A DNA stretch of 64,000 nucleotides from the NCBI GenBank assembly GCA_043732305.1, contig JAYTHU010000102.1, forward strand, positions 32,001-96,000, read 5' to 3'. The first letter of the stretch is position 1, and each line of letters starts with the position of its first letter. The notes under the pieces were generated by a model. That model ran no database searches. It worked only from the letters and a program-made list of their open reading frames with translations, and was not told the DNA's origin. This document shows positions 59,325-64,000 of this stretch, piece after piece. The stretch is from Oligoflexia bacterium (GTDB taxonomy: Bacteria; Bdellovibrionota; Bdellovibrionia; JABDDW01). The position numbers and the translations under genes were made by a program.

Positions 59325-60148
59325 AAACTCCCTAGACTATCGTGAAGATCTCGAAACATTTCTGACGTAAGGTCTTGTGCCCTTGCAGCGTCAGCGATTT
59401 TCAACTTTGAGAATATTTCGATGAGGATCTCTTTTTCGAAACCTCCTCGCAAGTTTGAGATTAACTTCTTCCTTCTCTGCGAGAACGCGAGCTTAACAAA
59501 ACCTATGAATTTTTCAGGACGCTTGGGAAGTCCCGTTGTTTTTCTTTGAAAACTTAAAACGCGACTACCAACATTGGGCACGGGATGAAAATCTTGAGGT
59601 CCCGCATCGATAAGCTTTTGAATATTCCAAAAATTTTGGGCAACCACTGAAAGCAAACCGTAATCATCTGATTGGTAAGTAGACATGATTCTTTCGGCGA
59701 CTTCTTTTTGAAACATCAGAACCATAGAGTCAAAAACGGGCAGTGGACTTAATTCCATAACCATAGAAGCCGCAATTGAATATGGAAGATTACTTACAAG
59801 ACTTGCTGGCGCCTCATATTTTTCCTCTGCCCAATCCATCCGGAGAGCGTCTTTATGAATAATATGAAAATCGAGAGATTTTTCTAATTTAAATTCTTCC
59901 CAGAATTTCACCAGACCACTGTCAAACTCAACCATCACAAATTTTCCATCAGTCTTGGTGATCAGTTCATCTGTTAGAGCACCAAGGCCGGGACCAATTT
60001 CTACAACAGTCTTCGGATGATGACGAAGAGTTTCACCTACGATGCGATCACAGATGGGGCCATTGACTAGAAAATTTTGGCCGAGTCTTTTGAGCGGCTG
60101 AACCCCAGCTTTTTGAAGTCTGATATCTAATTCTTTTTTTGAATGCAT
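59321..60148 (-). CDS. rsmA: 16S rRNA m6,2A dimethyltransferase
   Basis: KRLGQNFL, EIGPGLGALT, SNLPY, MFQKEVAER, FSQRRK. Confidence 0.96.
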   Translation of the reverse strand: MHSKKELDIRLQKAGVQPLKRLGQNFLVNGPICDRIVGETLRHHPKTVVEIGPGLGALTDELITKTDGKFVMVEFDSGLVKFWEEFKLEKSLDFHIIHKDALRMDWAEEKYEAPASLVSNLPYSIAASMVMELSPLPVFDSMVLMFQKEVAERIMSTYQSDDYGLLSVVAQNFWNIQKLIDAGPQDFHPVPNVGSRVLSFQRKTTGLPKRPEKFIGFVKLAFSQRRKKLISNLRGGFEKEILIEIFSKLKIADAARAQDLTSEMFRDLHDSLGSL

Positions 60149-60151
60149 GCC

Positions 60152-61210
60152 CTACCCTAACTCACTGGTGTTCTTAGTGGCGAGTGCCGAAAGTTTTAAA
60201 TCACTTCTATCGCCTTGATTCATGCGTAAAATTCCAATCATGCCGATCATCGCCGCATTGTCAGTGCAGAAGCGCGGTGGCGCAATCAAAACTTCTATAC
60301 CTAAAAGCTTTCCTTTTTCTTCTGCACGGGCTTTAAGACGAGAGTTACTGGCAACCCCACCTGTAATGAGCGCGCGTTTGACACCCGCCTGCTTCACTGC
60401 TTTAAATAATTTTTCGACCAAAACATCGACGATTGCCTCTTGATAGCTCGCGCAGATATCTTCAATCGACAAGTCTTTTTTCTCCGCCTTCACTCGACCC
60501 GCGGTCTTCAATCCGGAAAAGCTGAAATTTAAATCTTTGGAGTGCAAGAGTGGCCGAGGAAAATCAAAAGCTTTTATATTTCCGTTTTGCGCCTGCTCGT
60601 CAATCAAACGTCCCGCGGGATAGCCGAGCCCAATGACTTTTCCAAATTTATCAAAAGCCTCACCGGCGGCATCGTCTAAGGTTCGTCCAAGGACTTTATA
60701 TTTTCCAAATTTCGTTGAATGCACAAGACTTGTGTGGCCACCGCTCACGCAGAGACCGACAAACGGTTCGGCAAAGTTCTTCTCTAAATTAAATTTTTCA
60801 TCGCTTAAGAATGGCGCGTACAAATGCCCTTCGAGATGATTCACTCCTAAAACAGGCAAGTCGTGTACAAGCCCCAAAGTCTTTGCAACAGTGACTCCAA
60901 CAAGCAGTGATCCTAATAAACCCGGTCGCGAAGTCACTACGATCCCGCCAATTTCATCCCATCCCATTTTAGAATCCTTCATTGATTTCTCAATCAGTGG
61001 GCCAATGCGCATGGTGTGATTTCGACAAGCAAGTTCGGGAATCACGCCACCAAAAGGGGCGTGAACGTCATCTTGATTTTGACTATTGATAGCGCGAACA
61101 AAACCTGCGCTCGAAACGATGGCAACAGAAGTGTCATCGCAACTGGTTTCAATGGCGAGAACGTATTTTATTTCAGATTGGTCAGACGATATTTTGCTTT
61201 TTTTGCCCAT
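60152..61210 (-). CDS. tsaD: tRNA N6-adenosine threonylcarbamoyltransferase
   Basis: LAIETSCDDT, NHLEGH, VSGGHT, DDAAGEAFDK, FSFSGLKT, TDNAAMI. Confidence 0.97.
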   Translation of the reverse strand: MGKKSKISSDQSEIKYVLAIETSCDDTSVAIVSSAGFVRAINSQNQDDVHAPFGGVIPELACRNHTMRIGPLIEKSMKDSKMGWDEIGGIVVTSRPGLLGSLLVGVTVAKTLGLVHDLPVLGVNHLEGHLYAPFLSDEKFNLEKNFAEPFVGLCVSGGHTSLVHSTKFGKYKVLGRTLDDAAGEAFDKFGKVIGLGYPAGRLIDEQAQNGNIKAFDFPRPLLHSKDLNFSFSGLKTAGRVKAEKKDLSIEDICASYQEAIVDVLVEKLFKAVKQAGVKRALITGGVASNSRLKARAEEKGKLLGIEVLIAPPRFCTDNAAMIGMIGILRMNQGDRSDLKLSALATKNTSELG

Positions 61211-61890
61211 GAACTGCTCGGATAATTATCTATCACATCTTTGTAGAATTCCTTCGCATCTTTTTTGAAGCCTAATTCACCAAAGCAAACACCTATCTTG
61301 TAGGTCGATTCAGGCAAAGATTTTCCCTTGGGATTCTTATCAATGTAGGCCTGAAAGGCCACGATAGACTTTTTGTAATCTTTAGCCCGGAAAAGTGTTT
61401 CAGCTTCAGCAAGAGGGCCCGCCGGGACTGGGTCTATTTGAGCTGTCACGGGAATTCCGCCAGTCGCGGACACAGGCACCGAAGATTTTACGCTCGCAGG
61501 ACTTGCTGGAATAGCCATTCCACCGGACGCGGCTTGGATGGCAGCAGTGAGACGAATTTCGGTAGCATCTATGTGCTCTTGTACCATTTTAATTTTTTCA
61601 TTTTGCTGATCTATTAAACTTCTTAATTTGTCCAATTCTTGTTTCACGGAACTAGCGGAAACTTCGTGATTGTGATCGATCGCGTCCATGCGTCCATTCA
61701 AAGATCTTTGATCAGCCATGACGTCATTGTATTTCAAATCATCATCAGCTTTGGACCTCTGAATATGGGTGACTTGATCTTTCATTTGTTTTTTTTCTTC
61801 GTCTTGCTTTTGCAACTCGTCTCGAGTCATTAATGCGCAGGCAGAAAGTGGAATGGCAAGACTTAGTAAAAGAAAGTTTTTAATTTTCAT
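61168..61890 (-). CDS. cpoB: Tol-Pal accessory CpoB/YbgF-like lipoprotein
   Basis: Lipobox LSAC, coiled coil, C-terminal TPRs; downstream of pal. Confidence 0.75.
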   Translation of the reverse strand: MKIKNFLLLSLAIPLSACALMTRDELQKQDEEKKQMKDQVTHIQRSKADDDLKYNDVMADQRSLNGRMDAIDHNHEVSASSVKQELDKLRSLIDQQNEKIKMVQEHIDATEIRLTAAIQAASGGMAIPASPASVKSSVPVSATGGIPVTAQIDPVPAGPLAEAETLFRAKDYKKSIVAFQAYIDKNPKGKSLPESTYKIGVCFGELGFKKDAKEFYKDVIDNYPSSSWAKKAKYRLTNLK

Positions 61891-62249
61891 AGAGCTTCAT
61901 CTCCTGCTTTTTGTCTTTGGACTCGAGCCATATCTTCAGCTTTTTCCGCAAATTCTCGAGCTGAATCAAAACCAACTATGGCGTCATAATAAGACTTGTC
62001 GTTGTAATTATTCATGGCTTTACGAAAAGATTCTTCGGCTTTGTAAAACAATCCGGGGGCATATCTTGCAGCATCCACGTCCTTGGCAGCAGCGAGAGCT
62101 TCTCGAGCTAAGACCATAGGAAGATGGGGTTGCGGCGTCACACAAGAGGTCAACGCCGCGATTCCAATCAGTGTTAAAAAAAATCTCTTACTTTTGAACA
62201 ACAAAGTTAGCTCGTCGATTTTTTGCATCGGCGGCGTCTGATTCAGCAT
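61887..62249 (-). CDS. DUF4398-like small lipoprotein
   Basis: LTSC lipobox; ALAAAKDVDAARYAP...AEKAE pattern; true start may be a downstream TTG. Confidence 0.65.
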   Translation of the reverse strand: MLNQTPPMQKIDELTLLFKSKRFFLTLIGIAALTSCVTPQPHLPMVLAREALAAAKDVDAARYAPGLFYKAEESFRKAMNNYNDKSYYDAIVGFDSAREFAEKAEDMARVQRQKAGDEAL

Positions 62250-62706
62250 TGTCTAAAGGTTTTTCTTTTCCGTAACTGATGGTTGTCATCTTGGAAGCGT
62301 CAGCACCGATATTTACCATGTAAGCTTTGACGGCTTTTGCGCGTCTTTCGCCAAGTGCAAGATTGTACTCGATTGATCCGTGACGATCACAATGACCTTC
62401 GATTTGTAAAACAACATCAGGATGAGCTTTCATCCAATCAGCATTTTTTTGAGCTTTTGATTTTGCATCAGAAGTCATAGCTGCTTTGTCATAATCGAAA
62501 TTTAAAGTGAAAAGACCAGCGATGTTTCCGCTGTCACTGCCCTGAACATCAAACGAAAGGTCTTTGCTTTGAACATTGGTATCTTGAACCGCAGGAGTAG
62601 CTGTAGAGTCAGTAATAACCGGAGGAGCTTCGGGAGCGACTTCTTTTTTCGCACATCCAAAAAACATAAACGCTGCCAATGATATAACTAAAATTCTCGC
62701 GGTCAT
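62188..62706 (-). CDS. pal: Peptidoglycan-associated lipoprotein
   Basis: AAGGAG RBS; FFGC lipobox; IEGHCDRHGSIEYNLALGERRA, SYGKEKP, NRRA. Confidence 0.93.
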   Translation of the reverse strand: MTARILVISLAAFMFFGCAKKEVAPEAPPVITDSTATPAVQDTNVQSKDLSFDVQGSDSGNIAGLFTLNFDYDKAAMTSDAKSKAQKNADWMKAHPDVVLQIEGHCDRHGSIEYNLALGERRAKAVKAYMVNIGADASKMTTISYGKEKPLDNAESDAADAKNRRANFVVQK

Positions 62707-62765
62707 TTCCGTCTCCTTGTTTAAAGTAATTGCCAACATCCTACATGTCAGGCCACAATTTACAA

Positions 62766-64000
62766 ATGAAAAATAAGCTCTCATCAAGACGAAGCGCAGC
62801 ATCTGGATCCTTTTTTTCGACACTTTTGATTTTCTTAATTTTTTGGGGAGCTCCATCCCAGTCCCAAATTTTAGGTTTTACCGGAACGGCTCTCCCCGTA
62901 GACCCTTATCGGCAGTGGAAAGCCATCGAAACAACTCATTTTGAAATTATATATGACAGCACTCAAACAGATCTCGCGTTGAAATTTGCCGCAGAAGCAG
63001 AACGTGCAAATGATTTACTCCAACCTTTGATTCACACCCCTCCAGCAAGAAAAATCATCATTAATCTTGCCGATATCACGGATAGCTCCAACGGTTCGGC
63101 AACAAGTTTTCCTCGGCCAACTATTCAATTGTTTCCAGTTTTGCCCTCAGCTGACGATTCAACGAGTGAATATTACGATTGGCAAAGAGAACTGATACAG
63201 CATGAACTCACACACATTTTAAATTTTGAACCGTCTTCTGGAATAATGGGTTTTGTTAACTCTGTTTTTGGAAGTGTTTGGAAACCGAATTCATTTTTGC
63301 CGAGATGGTACACGGAAGGCTTAGCTGTCGAAATGGAAAGTCGTCTCACTCCCGTGGGCCGTGGACGAAGTCACTATTACTCTGCACTTGGCAGAGCTTT
63401 CCAGGAGACCGGCGAAAGGGGTTTAGAAACTATTGATCGAATCAATGCCACTCAAATTCCCTCTTGGCCACGCGGACAAAGACCCTATTTTTTAGGTTAT
63501 GAATTAATACATAGTTTAAGTTTAATACCAAACACTCAATCTGTTGCTGGCGACCAGATTTATGGCGTTTTAAATCAGCAATATGGTCACCGCATGCCGT
63601 GGTTCATCAACGGCCCCGCCGAAAAAGATTTCGGCAAGGACTATGCAAGTCTTTTAAACGATATGTATGATGTGACCGAAACCGTTTTTAAAGCACAGCT
63701 GAATTCTCTCGCTGCCCACGGTGCCGGAAACGGAAAACCTCTCGATCAGCCAGGATATTATAATAAGACTACTCGAATTTCACCTGATGGCTTGAAACTT
63801 GCCGCAGTGGTAAATATTTTCAACGACGATCCCACGGTACAAGTTTGGGTGAGACCCAACACCAGCACTCCGTTTGATTCGCTCACTCAAAAACCAGCTC
63901 TCATCACCGATGGGAAATATGTGGTGGAAAATTCAGTCGCATGGAGTGGAGATTCGCAAACTATTATTTTTGATCGCCTTGAACCTTACAAACATTACAA
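62766..64000 (+). CDS. Exported gluzincin metallopeptidase + TolB-like propeller protein (partial; runs off window)
   Basis: Not in the ORF track; own translation gives a signal peptide, WKAIETTHFEIIY, QHELTH, PRWYTEGLA, ISPDGLKLA, AWSGDS. Confidence 0.8.
   Translation, partial: MKNKLSSRRSAASGSFFSTLLIFLIFWGAPSQSQILGFTGTALPVDPYRQWKAIETTHFEIIYDSTQTDLALKFAAEAERANDLLQPLIHTPPARKIIINLADITDSSNGSATSFPRPTIQLFPVLPSADDSTSEYYDWQRELIQHELTHILNFEPSSGIMGFVNSVFGSVWKPNSFLPRWYTEGLAVEMESRLTPVGRGRSHYYSALGRAFQETGERGLETIDRINATQIPSWPRGQRPYFLGYELIHSLSLIPNTQSVAGDQIYGVLNQQYGHRMPWFINGPAEKDFGKDYASLLNDMYDVTETVFKAQLNSLAAHGAGNGKPLDQPGYYNKTTRISPDGLKLAAVVNIFNDDPTVQVWVRPNTSTPFDSLTQKPALITDGKYVVENSVAWSGDSQTIIFDRLEPYKHY

Overview
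This window looks like core chromosome of a Bdellovibrionota-type (Bdellovibrio/Oligoflexia-like) bacterium. That assignment is inferred from the TIGR02147 regulator, myxobacterial-type Ser/Thr kinase, long-linker FtsZ and many secreted proteins and lipoproteins. Housekeeping content: a split dcw cluster (murC-murB / ddl-ftsQ-ftsA-ftsZ-lpxH), nadK-recN, coaE, an acyl-CoA ligase, a tdk-upp-(degenerate hpt) salvage operon, dacB-mltD-rnj, fabI, lon, dsbD, rluB, and pal-cpoB-tsaD-rsmA-fadL-smpB. I recognised no rRNA, tRNA, CRISPR array, prophage or transposase. The most unusual region is 0.6-9.3 kb. It holds three paralogous FadL/PorV/'TraF_2'-type outer-membrane barrels interleaved with two Cys-containing lipoproteins, plus a signal-peptide-bearing ~780-aa protein that appears to fuse a FemAB/GNAT-like domain to a Leu/Phe-tRNA-protein transferase (Aat)-like domain. 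Other oddities: an LspA-2TM-HAMP fusion, a class II aldolase with a possible microcompartment encapsulation peptide, a DEDDh exonuclease-WYL fusion, an exported phytochelatin-synthase homolog, long palindromic intergenic elements, and repeated -10-box-then-start-codon (leaderless) architecture. All family assignments come from motif recognition by eye, with no database searches.
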